Of a stretch of DNA of 64,000 bases, positions 41,468-51,360 are shown piece by piece. Under the pieces are notes generated by a model. That model was given only the letters and a program-made list of their open reading frames with translations, was not told where the DNA came from and did no database searches. Positions within the stretch are counted from its first letter, which is position 1, and each line of letters begins with the position of its first letter. Position numbers and translations under genes: made by a program. Origin of the DNA: an uncultured beta proteobacterium (GTDB lineage Bacteria > Pseudomonadota > Gammaproteobacteria > Burkholderiales > Casimicrobiaceae); contig CAWJAU010000007.1 of assembly GCA_963840945.1 (NCBI GenBank), forward strand, positions 21,648 through 85,647. Reading direction: 5' to 3'.

Positions 41468-41524
41468 GTATGCCGCGACGAGATGCCGGCCCAGCGGCAG
41501 GTCAGCGTGCGTGAACGGGCTGGG

Positions 41525-41830
41525 TCAGGAAGCGCGCCGCTGACACTGGTAGAGCGGGCTCTTCGACACTGCAGCGGCCCCCTGCCGTCCCTCTAGCATC
41601 AGCCGAAGGCCCGGGATCTCGCTGGTGATGTTTCCGCGTCGCCCTCGAACTTGGCGAGCCGGAACCGGCGGGCGCAGGCACCGCACCACGGTGTCCATCA
41701 CGTCGGCGATGATGTCGTGTGCGTGGTCGAGCTCGACGCCGGCAAGAAAGCTGGTGCAGCCGGAGATGTCAGCGATCACGAAACAGGCGGACTCGGTTTC
41801 CGGGAAGCATCCCAGCCGTCCCTCCCAGGT
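41525..41830 (-). pseudogene. DUF2652-like (cyclase-fold) remnant
   Basis: 'ACFVIADISGCTSFLAGVELDHAHDIIADVMDTVV' matches the DUF2652 opening pattern (..IADISGYT.F....ELEH..). 'FRLAKFEGDA' follows in a shifted frame. There is no credible start, and the body is truncated against the neighbouring gene. Confidence 0.45.
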
Positions 41831-41990
41831 GGAAGTTGTGCCACATTCACGGTCAGGCAGCACGCGCCGGAAGTACGTCCCGAGGCAAGCGCTACATCGG
41901 CGTCGGCGCAGTTGCGTGGACCCTGAGACCGGACCTGCCAGCGGGGCCGCACTACTCGCGTCTGGACAGTAGACATGGGGAAGACTAGTC

Positions 41991-42788
41991 ATGGACGGCA
42001 CGTTCACGGCCTCACTGGAGCGCGCACGGCAAGCAGCACGAGCGGTTGCGAGTTCCGGGCAACGCTACGAACAGTTCGCGCAATTGGTCCGGGAGACTTA
42101 CCCGTGGCGCTTTGAAAGGCTATCGCCGGCCGCTCTCGAACGGGATTACCTGCGGGTAGTGGATCATCATTTGGAGCATCTGATCCCGCGAGTGGCTCGT
42201 TACATTGGCCCCGATGTGCGCCGGGTCGTGGACTTTGGCTGCGGTTCCGGAGGGTCAGCCATTGCTCTCGCTTTGGTGTACCCCAATGTGACTTGCATTG
42301 GTACGGACATCGACCCCAGCGAGGTGACAATGGCGCGGGAACGCGCCAGTCTTTACGGTGTCGCCGATCGCTGCGAGTTCCACTTTGTTTCCCCCGGGCA
42401 ACCGCTACCAATTCAGAGCGACTCGTTCGACTTCTGCCAATGCTCCTCGGTCCTGGAGTATGTGGTCGATATGGAGGCGAGGCAATTCTGTGTCCGTGAG
42501 ATGGCGCGTTTGCTGCGTCCGAACGGCCTATTGTTCTGTTCGGTGCCCAACCGGCTATACCCGGTTGAAATCCATACCCGCAAATGGGGATGGAACTACT
42601 TCCCCAAACTCTTGCATGCGCAAATCGTGGACTCCACGGCGTGGGAGGTGAAGCGCTTGGCTCGTCCGTCGATATTGCGTTTGCATCGAACTCCTCTGAT
42701 CGAGCTTTTCCGCCCCTGGTCGAATTTTTGCTTGCGCCGCGAAGGCGGCGGTGTACTCCGAGCTCAATCCGTGACCGCCAGATACTGA
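41991..42788 (+). CDS. Class I SAM-dependent methyltransferase
   Basis: Motif I 'VVDFGCGSGGSAIAL', then 'GTDIDP' and 'LRPNGLLF'. The 265-aa ORF is intact and lower in GC than its flanks. Confidence 0.8.
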   Translation: MDGTFTASLERARQAARAVASSGQRYEQFAQLVRETYPWRFERLSPAALERDYLRVVDHHLEHLIPRVARYIGPDVRRVVDFGCGSGGSAIALALVYPNVTCIGTDIDPSEVTMARERASLYGVADRCEFHFVSPGQPLPIQSDSFDFCQCSSVLEYVVDMEARQFCVREMARLLRPNGLLFCSVPNRLYPVEIHTRKWGWNYFPKLLHAQIVDSTAWEVKRLARPSILRLHRTPLIELFRPWSNFCLRREGGGVLRAQSVTARY

Positions 42789-44452
42789 TGGATCAACGCC
42801 ACGACCGCGGCGCCTTCTCCGATGGCGCCGCCGACCCGTTTCACGGATCCTGAGCGCACGTCGCCGACCGCGAATACTCCGGGCACGCTCGACGCCAGTG
42901 GTGCAGGCGATCCCGCCGACGCAAAGGGACCGCACGCACGACCGGTGAGGATGAAGCCTTGCGGATCGCGCGCTACACCGCATCCTTCGAGCCAACCAGT
43001 TTCCGGGTCGGCGCCTACGAACAGAAAAACGTGGCGTATCGGTCGCCGCTCCTCGAGATTTTCCTTGTGGTGGCGCCAGGTGACGGCCTCGAGGTGCGCA
43101 CCCGGCGGGCCGTGCAGTTGCGCCAATTGCGTATGGGTACGCAGCTCGATGTTCGGCGTCGCATTGATGCGATCGATCAGGTAATGGGACATGGTTGCGG
43201 CGAGGCCAGAGCTTCGCACGAGCATGTGCACCCTGGAGACAGACTCGGACAGGAAGACTGCCGCCTGGCCGGCGGAGTTGCCGCCGCCAACCAAGGCGAC
43301 TTCGGTCCCGGTGCACATGCTCGCTTCAAGCGCCGAGGCCCAATACCAGACGCCGCGGCCCTCGAACTCCGCGAGACGCGGCACGTCGGGCCGTCGATAC
43401 TGCGCGCCGCTGGCAATGACGACGACGCGGGAGCGCAGCTTTCGGCCGTCGGTGAGCATCAGAGAAAGCTCGCCGCGCGGGCCCGCCTTCGCGCAGTCGA
43501 GCGCGCGGCCTGCGTGGGGATCAGGATCTCCGCGCCGAATTTCTGTGCCTGCACAAAGGCGCGACCGGCGAGCGCCTGCCCCGAGATCCCGGTCGGAAAG
43601 CCGAGGTAATTCTCGATGCGCGCGCTGGCGCCTGCCTGTCCGCCGAAGGATCGGCAGTCGAGCACGACGACGCGCAGGCCTTCGGAGGCCGCGTACACGG
43701 CCGTGGCCAACCCTGCCGGTCCGGCACCGACGACGATCACGTCGACAAGCTCGTTCCGCGGTCGCGTGTCGAGCATGCCGAGGCAGCGTCCCAGTTGCTC
43801 TTCAGTGGGGTCGACCAATCACGGAGCCGTTGGGGCAGGCCACCAGAACCTGGCCCATGGTCGCTCCGTGTTGCTCGAACATCGCAGCCGCGGCGGCATC
43901 GTGTTCGGCATCGACGACGTGATGAGGGTAGGTGTTTCTCTTCAGGAAGGTCTGCAGTCGCAGCACGTCGGGGGAGTCCGGCTGACCGATCAACACGGGT
44001 CCAGCCCCCGATTCGATCAGGCCCACCCTGCGCAATATCAGCGCGCGCACGATTCGCTCACCGAGATCCGCCTCGGCGATGATCAGCGCGCGCAATTTTT
44101 GCGGCGGCACGAGCAGCGCCTCGACGTCTTCCTCAGCGTGCCATCCACCAGCCGCGGCGCTCCGGAAAGCTGAGCAACCTCCCCGAGGAAGTGGCCGGGA
44201 CCTTCCTTCGCGATGGGCACGACGCGCCCCAGGCCGTCACGCAGGCTGACGGCCACGGTCCCCTTCAGCACCACGAACATTCCGGTGGCGGGCTCGCCCG
44301 CGGTGAACAGGCGCTCGCCCCGCTCGTAACGCCGCACTTCGCCGAAGCGGCGGATGCGCGCGATGTCCGCGTCGGTGAGTTGCGGGAACACCTGATCGCG
44401 CCGGCCGGCAAGCGCCGCAGGCAGGTTTTCGCTCCAGCTCGGCGGTGTTCAT
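42764..44452 (-). pseudogene. Cyclic-nucleotide-binding-domain / thioredoxin-reductase-like FAD oxidoreductase, about 4 frame disruptions
   Basis: 'MNTAELER' shifts at an A4 run (~44427) into 'NLPAALAGRRDQVFPQLTDADIARIRRFGEV..GEPATGMFVVLKGTV' (cNMP-binding). Then come ORFs 43802..44110, 43459..43818 ('[21 protein letters not shown]') and 42764..43459 ('VALVGGGNSAGQAAVFL', 'VFAVGDVRSGSVKRV'). Confidence 0.85.
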
Positions 44453-44504
44453 AAGCGACCGCTCTTGAAACTTGCGGCTTTGGAATCCATGTTAGGGTTC
44501 ACCG

Positions 44505-45626
44505 ATGAAATCCCTGGGCGGAAAACCGTACGGATTGCGGCTCGAACGCATGCGCTCTTCGCCCTTGTGGGCCGGAGACGGGTTTCGCAATATTCATCCG
44601 GTGTTGCCGGGATTGCGGGACGCCGGCGCCGCGCCTCTGTCGTTGTCGGAATTTCTGTGTGGCGGCGAGCGACGCGTTCCACGCAGCCCACTGCCTTCTC
44701 GCGATCCGCGCGAAGTTTGGGCGAAGGGACCCCGTAGCGGCTTGCGTGCGACCTGGCTCGGTCACTCGACCGTCCTGATCGAAATCGACGGCTATCGCGT
44801 GCTGACGGATCCGGTGTGGGGTCCGCGAGCTTCGCCATCACGGCTGGTGGGCCCCAAGCGATTCCAGCCAGTGCCCGTGGCACTGCGGGCCCTGCCACCC
44901 GTCGACGTCGTGATCCTGTCGCATGACCACTACGATCACCTCGACTATCCGACGATCCGCGAGCTCGCGAAGCTCGACGTTCCATTCGTCACCTCGCTCG
45001 GAGTCGGGGCGCATCTCGAGGCTTGGGACGTGCCAAAGTCTCGCGTCGTCGAGCTTGATTGGTGGGAGTCGTATGCACTACCGAATGGTGAATTATCCAT
45101 CACCGCGGGCCCGTCACAACACTTTTCCGGTCGAGGGCTACACGACCGCAACGCCACACTCTGGTCATCGATGATCATTCGCTCCCCGCGGCACTCGGTG
45201 TTTTTCAGTGGCGACACCGGCCTGACGACCGAGTACGCGACGATCCGCGAGCGCCTTGGCCCGTTCGATCTCGTCATGCTCGAGGTGGGCGCCCATCATC
45301 CATCGTGGGGTGACATTCACCTTGGGCCCGTCAATGCGCTCGAAGCGCTGAGACTATTGGGCGGAGGTCCATTGCTTCCGGTGCATTGGGGTACCTTCGC
45401 GTTGGCGATGCACGACTGGGATCAGCCAGCCGAAGTGCTGCTGACGCTCGGTCCGAAGAAAGGCGCGCAACTCCTGATGCCCCGGCTTGGCGAGCCGATT
45501 GAACCTGAAGACGGGCATCAACTTGCGCCATGGTGGAGGGAAGCGACTGCACGACCGTCCCGTAAACGATCCGTGCTCCCGCCGGCCATAACCGTGCCCA
45601 AATCCGTGGCATGGCCGCTCGACTGA
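44505..45626 (+). CDS. MBL-fold metallo-hydrolase (NAPE-PLD-like)
   Basis: 'VILSHDHYDHLD', 'FFSGDTG', 'LPVHWGTF'. The 373-aa ORF is intact. Confidence 0.85.
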   Translation: MKSLGGKPYGLRLERMRSSPLWAGDGFRNIHPVLPGLRDAGAAPLSLSEFLCGGERRVPRSPLPSRDPREVWAKGPRSGLRATWLGHSTVLIEIDGYRVLTDPVWGPRASPSRLVGPKRFQPVPVALRALPPVDVVILSHDHYDHLDYPTIRELAKLDVPFVTSLGVGAHLEAWDVPKSRVVELDWWESYALPNGELSITAGPSQHFSGRGLHDRNATLWSSMIIRSPRHSVFFSGDTGLTTEYATIRERLGPFDLVMLEVGAHHPSWGDIHLGPVNALEALRLLGGGPLLPVHWGTFALAMHDWDQPAEVLLTLGPKKGAQLLMPRLGEPIEPEDGHQLAPWWREATARPSRKRSVLPPAITVPKSVAWPLD

Positions 45627-45644
45627 AGAAGTTCGGTCCGCGTT

Positions 45645-46460
45645 TTAGGCGATTGCCTGACGTCGCAATGACCAGGTCGCGATGATCCGGTGCAGGGCGT
45701 CCAATCCCTCGGTCAGAGCAGCGGGCCCGGGTTGCAGGATGAGGGGAGACTTGATCTCGTGCAGCTCGCCATCGCGCACGGCAGGCACGGCATGCCAGGC
45801 GTTACGAGCCGCTACACGCTCGGGACGAAACTTCTTGCCGCACCACGAGCCGATGATGATGTCGGGAGCGCGGGCCACGACGGCGAGCGGGTCCGCAATG
45901 ATGCGGTCGCGACCGAGACTGGCTTGCGCACGCTCGGGAAAGATATCGTCGCCGCCGGCGATGGCCATCAGTTCGCTGACCCACCGGATGGCCGAGATCT
46001 GCGGCTCGTCCCATTCCTCGAAATAAACCTTGGGGCGCCGCGGCAGGCGTGCGGCGGCTTCTGCTACCTGATCGATGTGGACTTGCAAGCTGTCGGCATA
46101 GGTCTTGGCCTGCGTATTCGCACCCACCATGGCGCCCAGGCGGCGCACATAACCCAGGATCGCATCCACGGAGCGGTGGTTGCTGATCCAGACCTCGATG
46201 CCGTGCTTGATCAACGCCTGGGCGATGTCGGCCTGCAGGTCGGAGAAGCCGATCGCCAGATCGGGTTTCAGCGCGAGGATCGCGTCAATCTTGGCGCTGG
46301 TGAAAGCTGAGATACGCGGCTTTTCCCGCCGGGCACGTGGCGGACGCACGGTGAAGCCCGAGATGCCGACGATGCGCCGCTCTTCGCCGAGTGCGTAGAG
46401 CACCTCGGTGGACTCCTCCGTCAGGCACACGATGCGTTCAGGGAAGGCGGCTGCGGCCAT
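45645..46460 (-). CDS. Class 8 periplasmic binding protein (BtuF/cobalamin- or siderophore-binding type)
   Basis: 'RIVCLTEESTEVLYALGEERRIVGISGF', 'LKPDLAIGFSD', 'PKVYFEEWDEP', 'APDIIIGSWCG'. The start is placed at Met 29 of ORF 45645..46544. Confidence 0.78.
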   Translation of the reverse strand: MAAAAFPERIVCLTEESTEVLYALGEERRIVGISGFTVRPPRARREKPRISAFTSAKIDAILALKPDLAIGFSDLQADIAQALIKHGIEVWISNHRSVDAILGYVRRLGAMVGANTQAKTYADSLQVHIDQVAEAAARLPRRPKVYFEEWDEPQISAIRWVSELMAIAGGDDIFPERAQASLGRDRIIADPLAVVARAPDIIIGSWCGKKFRPERVAARNAWHAVPAVRDGELHEIKSPLILQPGPAALTEGLDALHRIIATWSLRRQAIA

Positions 46461-46822
46461 GGCTCGCGTTCTTGAAAACCCGTAGTGTGAGCTAACGCAC
46501 AGACATGCCCGAAAATCCCGGTGCGTGTATCTTGCGTGCTTCAATCCTTGGTTCGGAATGCGGCGGAGAGGGATGTCCCAGGACTCGCGGAGATGACTTC
46601 ACAGAATCGCATTAATTGATTAGTCGTCGCGGAGTAACCATACATGATCCCAATGCCGATCGGCGACGGCTGTCGATCGGCCGGGCTCTCATACCGCCAT
46701 GTAATCCGCCGGTCGGCTTGTTTTGAAGTTGCCGCTATGTTCGCTATCGCACAGATTGCGTCGCCCGGGTTGATGTATAGTACAAATAGCGCGTCCGATT
46801 GTGACGCGTTACCCGCTAGGGG

Positions 46823-47695
46823 ATGACCTGCGGGCTGGCCTTGCGAGACGGGGGAAACATGAAACCCGCTGCAGATCGATCGTACTGTCCCCGTCTCTCG
46901 GAAGCCAGGCATCTCCTGCCGCTTCTACGAGGCTACCTCCTTGGGGCAGCTCCCGGTCCGCTTGCGACTCCTATTGACCTGGTGCCTATTGTCGAAGATG
47001 GGTTGTTCGGCTACGAGCTGATACCTCACCGCGACATGAATGTTTACCCGATCATTGGGCGCAATGCGCAAGGCGAACCTGTATTGCGCAATAATTTGTA
47101 TGGTGCGGGCACCTCCAATTCCTTGCATCTGGTGGCGGTCGACGGCGCCGTGAATTTCCCGAGCCGGCGCGCAGCGCGCTCCGGTATCCAACGACGTGAC
47201 ACTCTGTATCCCAATTGGCTCGCCGCTGCCGAGTCCGCTTGGGCGCACCTTCTTACCCTGTGTGCGGACCTGCCCCGACAGACCCCGATCCTGCGCGAGA
47301 ACACGCACCGGTGGCTCGATAGGGCTCTTGCGGTTGCTCATTCGCAGCTGGATGTCTGGGACCCGTTCATCGAGTTTCTCGGCCTGCCCAACGAAGCGCA
47401 ACTGGGCTTTGTGTTAACTGGTGCCGACGGCGAACATGGGACGCTGATCTTTCAGCAGCCCGATACGTGGGCGCTTCGTTGGATCGCACCGGGGGTGGTC
47501 GTCAATAGATCATGGTCCGCGGCGATGCGGGACACGGATGCGGCAAACGACCGGGCAGATGGTTATCGCCGTTCGGCCGATCGTCGTGCGCGTTGCCGCC
47601 GTGCGACCGATCGCGGCAGTTCGCGGGAGCCTTGGGCGGGGAAGGACAGGCGCCAAGCTCGCGGACGGCGCGCGATCGATCAGGATGCCCTGTAG
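46823..47695 (+). CDS. Hypothetical protein (boundaries doubtful)
   Basis: This is the only long ORF in the interval, and I do not recognise a family. The first ~50 codons overlap a structured, lower-GC leader. The last ~60 codons are Arg-rich and look out of frame. An in-frame GTG at 46982 is an alternative start. Confidence 0.3.
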   Translation: MTCGLALRDGGNMKPAADRSYCPRLSEARHLLPLLRGYLLGAAPGPLATPIDLVPIVEDGLFGYELIPHRDMNVYPIIGRNAQGEPVLRNNLYGAGTSNSLHLVAVDGAVNFPSRRAARSGIQRRDTLYPNWLAAAESAWAHLLTLCADLPRQTPILRENTHRWLDRALAVAHSQLDVWDPFIEFLGLPNEAQLGFVLTGADGEHGTLIFQQPDTWALRWIAPGVVVNRSWSAAMRDTDAANDRADGYRRSADRRARCRRATDRGSSREPWAGKDRRQARGRRAIDQDAL

Positions 47696-47759
47696 CATTT
47701 GGGCTTCACCGCCGTCGATGCGGTCGGTATCTACCGTACTCGTCGCGGAACAGGGGCCA

Positions 47760-48755
47760 CTAGACGGCTGACTGCGTGCGCAAATCCGCGAGGATTGCCT
47801 CCATTACGTGCGCGGTCCTTGCCGCCGATTCGCCGGTGCTCGGGCACTTTCCGCTCCCGTTGAGCTCGTCGACAATGGTCTGGATCAACGGTTGGTGGAC
47901 GTGGTCCGGATCTGCGACAGGAAGCTCCTCCATGACGTCGCCGCGGAAGATCCGGATTGGGACCGGCTGCGTCGTGGAAAAGCGGATACGTCCCTTGGCT
48001 CCCACGATCTCGTTGTATTCCTCATCGAAGTCCGCGGTATAGCACCACACGCCGCTTCCAAACACGCCTGAGGCAAACCGGTACGTTGCGGTCACGATGT
48101 CTTCCGGTCGGTAGGCTCCAGCCTGATTCCCGGCAAATGCGCGTACCTCGGCGACCGGCCCGAACATGAAGTCCAGAAAATCGAATGTGTGACAGGCGCC
48201 CTCGAAGAAGAGGCCGCCGCCGGATAATGCGGGATTGACCCGCCAGGGAACCGCGCCGGCGGCAAATTGATCGACGCCGGGGAGGCGCTGAAGCTGGCGC
48301 GACGTGACCATGCGGACCTCGCCAACGGCGTCGGCGGCGATGAGGTCGCGTACGGCGAGAAACCGTGGGAGCGCGCGCCGGTAATAGCCGACCCACAGCG
48401 GGACCCCCGCCGCGCGGCAGGCGGCAATCATGTCGAGGCATTCGGCGTGATTCATTCCCATTGGCTTTTCGACGTACACGGGCTTTCCCGCCGCCGCGCA
48501 GCGCAGGGTGTAGTCGCAGTGGCTGTCGGTCAGCGTGGCGATGTAGATGGCGTCGATGTCGGGTGCGCGAATGATCGCGTCGGCGTCGTCGTGCCAGCGC
48601 GCCACGCCATGTCGGCGCGCGTAATCGGCCGCCAACGCGCCGTTGCGGCGCATGACGGCGACCAATTCGGAGTGTGCGGCCTTCCCGAATCCCGGACCGC
48701 TCTTCCGTTCGGTCACGTCGCCGCAACCGATCATTCCCCAGCGCACCGTCTTCAT
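47760..48755 (-). CDS. Gfo/Idh/MocA family oxidoreductase
   Basis: 'MKTVRWGMIGCGDVTERK', 'VYVEKPM'. The start is placed at Met 54 of ORF 47760..48914. Confidence 0.85.
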   Translation of the reverse strand: MKTVRWGMIGCGDVTERKSGPGFGKAAHSELVAVMRRNGALAADYARRHGVARWHDDADAIIRAPDIDAIYIATLTDSHCDYTLRCAAAGKPVYVEKPMGMNHAECLDMIAACRAAGVPLWVGYYRRALPRFLAVRDLIAADAVGEVRMVTSRQLQRLPGVDQFAAGAVPWRVNPALSGGGLFFEGACHTFDFLDFMFGPVAEVRAFAGNQAGAYRPEDIVTATYRFASGVFGSGVWCYTADFDEEYNEIVGAKGRIRFSTTQPVPIRIFRGDVMEELPVADPDHVHQPLIQTIVDELNGSGKCPSTGESAARTAHVMEAILADLRTQSAV

Positions 48756-48923
48756 GATCAACGGGAGGACCGCGGGCGATCGTGCCGCCCCACTGGTCGC
48801 ATGCGAGCAAGTAGACACATGAGTATCATCATAACGCGGACACCTTCGAGGCGCTCGCTCCGCTGCAATTGGGTTCCGAAGCGACTTCCGCCATGTCAAT
48901 GCGGGAATTTCCAAAGGTATTCG

Positions 48924-49319
48924 ATGAGCGAAATCCAGTTCATGATGATTCCGGGCGCGCCCGCGCCGGTCGCGCCGTTCTCACACGCCGTCGAAGTCGA
49001 CGGATGGGTATTCCTCACGGGGCAGATGCCCACCGATCCGAACGACGATGATGCGCCGCTTCCCGCGGGTATCGAGGCTCAGACCCGCCGGGTGATCGAC
49101 AACCTTGTCCTGGTGCTGGACGGCGTGGGCCTCCGACTCGAGCACGTGGTGGCGGCGCGCGCCTTCCTGACCCATTTCGAGCGCGACTACGCACCGATGA
49201 ACGAGATCTATCGTTCCTACTTCCCCGACAATCGCTTGCCCGCACGGACATGTGTCGGCGTGACGGGGCTCGCGCGCCATGCGCTCGTCGAGATCGACCT
49301 CATCGCGCGCAGGCCTTAG
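48924..49319 (+). CDS. RidA/YjgF family reactive-intermediate deaminase
   Basis: 'APFSHAVEVDGWVFLTGQ', 'EAQTRRVIDNL', 'PARTCVGVTGLARHALVEIDLIA'. Confidence 0.88.
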   Translation: MSEIQFMMIPGAPAPVAPFSHAVEVDGWVFLTGQMPTDPNDDDAPLPAGIEAQTRRVIDNLVLVLDGVGLRLEHVVAARAFLTHFERDYAPMNEIYRSYFPDNRLPARTCVGVTGLARHALVEIDLIARRP

Positions 49320-49487
49320 TCGACATTCGGAGAACCAGGCAACGGCGGCGGACTCCGCGGCACGTCGTCCGTCTTCCGCCGGATCGGCGATTCCGACCAG
49401 GTCGACCCCTGGCTGCTTCAGCGCGCGATCGACGTGCGATCGGCCGATCAATCCGGCGCCGATCAGGGCAATGGGTATCCTCTTCAT
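49320..49487 (-). pseudogene. Gfo/Idh/MocA oxidoreductase, N-terminal stub (~55 codons)
   Basis: 'MKRIPIALIGAGLIGRSHVDRALKQPGVDLVGIADP' is the Rossmann start. Homology stops where the convergent RidA gene ends. The rest of ORF 48981..49487 is antisense to RidA. Confidence 0.5.
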
Positions 49488-49616
49488 GGCGGGCTTTCGG
49501 CCGTTGGCGGGCGATGCCGCACAATATCAAAGACCTTGCTAAACTGTGCGGTCATTCTGCGCGCGCATCCGTGCGCCCCGCACAGCAGCTTTCTCGACTT
49601 CTTCCGGGATCAATCC

Positions 49617-50861
49617 ATGTCCAGCCAAGACTACGCACCGAAAAGGAAGATTGCTTCCTTTTATCCGCCGCAACGCCACTTGATGGGACCGGGCCCCTCG
49701 GAAATTCACCCGCGGGTGTTTTCGGCGATGGGCAAGCCGACCATCGGCTACCTCGACCCGGTGTTCGTGGAAATGATGGAGGAGCTGAAGGAATTGCTGC
49801 GCTACGCCTTCCAGACCCATAACGCGCTGACCTTCCCGGTCTCCGGCCCCGGTTCGGTGGGGATGGAGATGTGCTTCGTCAACATGATCGATCCCGGCGA
49901 CAAAGTGATCGTTTGCCGAAACGGCGTGTTCGGCGGCCGCATGATCGAGAACGTCCAGCGGTGCGGCGGCGTCGCCGTCGTCGTGGAGGACCGATGGGGC
50001 ACGCCGGTGGATCCGCAAAAGGTCGAGGACGCGCTCAAGGCCAACGCGGACGCCAAGATCCTCGCCTTCGTGCACGCCGAGACCTCGACCGGCGTGCAAT
50101 CCGACGCGAAGATCCTCGCTGCTCTCGCCCGGAAACACGGCGCGCTCACCATCATGGACGCGGTCACCTCGCTCGGCGGCACGCCGGTCATGACCGACGA
50201 GTGGGGCATCGACGCCGTCTATTCCGCGAGCCAGAAGTGCCTGTCCTGCACGCCGGGACTGTCGCCGATCAGCTTCAGCGACCGCGTGGTCGAAATGGTG
50301 AAGAACCGGAAGGAAAAGGTGCACAGCTGGTTCCTGGACATGAACCTTCTGCTCGGGTACTGGGGTGCGACCAACCGCACGTATCACCACACCGCGCCGA
50401 CCAATTCGCTGTACGCCCTGCACGAAGCACTCTTGATGCTTCGCGAGGAGGGCCTGGAAAATGCATGGGCGCGCCATCAACGCAATCACAAGGCGCTCAA
50501 GGCCGGCCTGCAGACGTTGGGAATGAACTTCCTTGTCGAAGAACCCCACCGGCTGCCGCAGATGAACGCGGTGACCGTCGTGCCGGGAGTGGACGAAAAG
50601 GAAGTGCGCCGTCGGCTGCTGCTGGATTACAACCTTGAAATCGGGGCGGGTCTGGGCGACCTCGCCGGCAAGATCTGGCGCTTCGGCATCATGGGTTACT
50701 CGTGCAAGATGGAGAACGTGATGCTCTCGCTGTGCGCGCTGGAAACGGTGTTCGCGGATCTGGGAATCAAGGTGGAGTTCGGCGCCGCCGAGGCTGCGGC
50801 TTACCACGCCTATGCAGCCCTTCCGAACCGAGTTCAGTCGGTGCGCGCCGTCGCCGCCTGA
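49617..50861 (+). CDS. Class V aminotransferase (serine/alanine-glyoxylate aminotransferase type)
   Basis: 'LMGPGPSEIHPRV', 'HAETSTGV', 'DAVTSLGG', and the PLP-lysine motif 'SASQKCLS'. The start is at ATG 49617 within ORF 49434..50861. Confidence 0.9.
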   Translation: MSSQDYAPKRKIASFYPPQRHLMGPGPSEIHPRVFSAMGKPTIGYLDPVFVEMMEELKELLRYAFQTHNALTFPVSGPGSVGMEMCFVNMIDPGDKVIVCRNGVFGGRMIENVQRCGGVAVVVEDRWGTPVDPQKVEDALKANADAKILAFVHAETSTGVQSDAKILAALARKHGALTIMDAVTSLGGTPVMTDEWGIDAVYSASQKCLSCTPGLSPISFSDRVVEMVKNRKEKVHSWFLDMNLLLGYWGATNRTYHHTAPTNSLYALHEALLMLREEGLENAWARHQRNHKALKAGLQTLGMNFLVEEPHRLPQMNAVTVVPGVDEKEVRRRLLLDYNLEIGAGLGDLAGKIWRFGIMGYSCKMENVMLSLCALETVFADLGIKVEFGAAEAAAYHAYAALPNRVQSVRAVAA

Positions 50862-50915
50862 CGCCGCCAGCTACAGCTGCGAACCCATTCGGTGACCGCC
50901 TATCCCCCGCGCTGG

Positions 50916-50978
50916 GTACAATCGACAAAATTGTACGGAACCGTACAAACTTGCATCGGTTCATGCACTTGCCATAAT
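50916..50978 (+). promoter_or_regulatory. Candidate operator (GTACAAT-N7-ATTGTAC plus a third GTACAA) and sigma70-like promoter TTGCAT-16-CATAAT
   Basis: The inverted repeat is at 50916-50922 and 50930-50936, with an extra half-site at 50943-50948. TTGCAT lies at 50951-50956 and CATAAT at 50973-50978, about 30 nt before GTG 51010. Confidence 0.3.
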
Positions 50979-51009
50979 CCGCTTCCCAAGTCTTGTTCTG
51001 GAGCAAATC

Positions 51010-51273
51010 GTGCAAGACACTTGGAAATTGCGTTTAGGCGCGCAGCCGTACCCCGATGTCCAGAGATGGGTCCGAATGGCGGCGCCTTTGACCGATGAGC
51101 AATTTGACCGCTTGAAGCGGTGCGCCGATGGCAATACCCTGCGGTTCGAGTCGTCGGCGATCGTTGCCGCGCTCGTCGCCGGCGGCTATGCCAAAGAAGG
51201 CGTCGCCAGGGTGGTGACCGTGACACCCAAGGGTTATCGGTATCTAAAGATGCATTCGAATCCAGAGGGCTAG
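51010..51273 (+). CDS. Small hypothetical protein (87 aa)
   Basis: GTG-initiated ORF downstream of the promoter-like element. Its composition is protein-like ('LTDEQFDRLKRCADGNTLRFESSAIVAALVAGGYAKEGVARVVTVTPKGYRYL'). I do not recognise a family. Confidence 0.45.
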   Translation: MQDTWKLRLGAQPYPDVQRWVRMAAPLTDEQFDRLKRCADGNTLRFESSAIVAALVAGGYAKEGVARVVTVTPKGYRYLKMHSNPEG

Positions 51274-51360
51274 CGTTGGCCGTTTTGAGGGACCGACGTT
51301 GGAAGAAAAGTGCGGGTCGCGCTGATCCGCATTGGCTGCCGTCCCGCCCGAAATCGGGCG

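Noticed and set aside
46461-46700. Cobalamin riboswitch on the minus strand directly upstream of the BtuF-like gene.
   Set aside because: Reading the reverse complement, I found neither the GGGAA..GGTG..ACTGT core nor a B12 box. Only the plus-strand element at 46845-46925 has partial matches.
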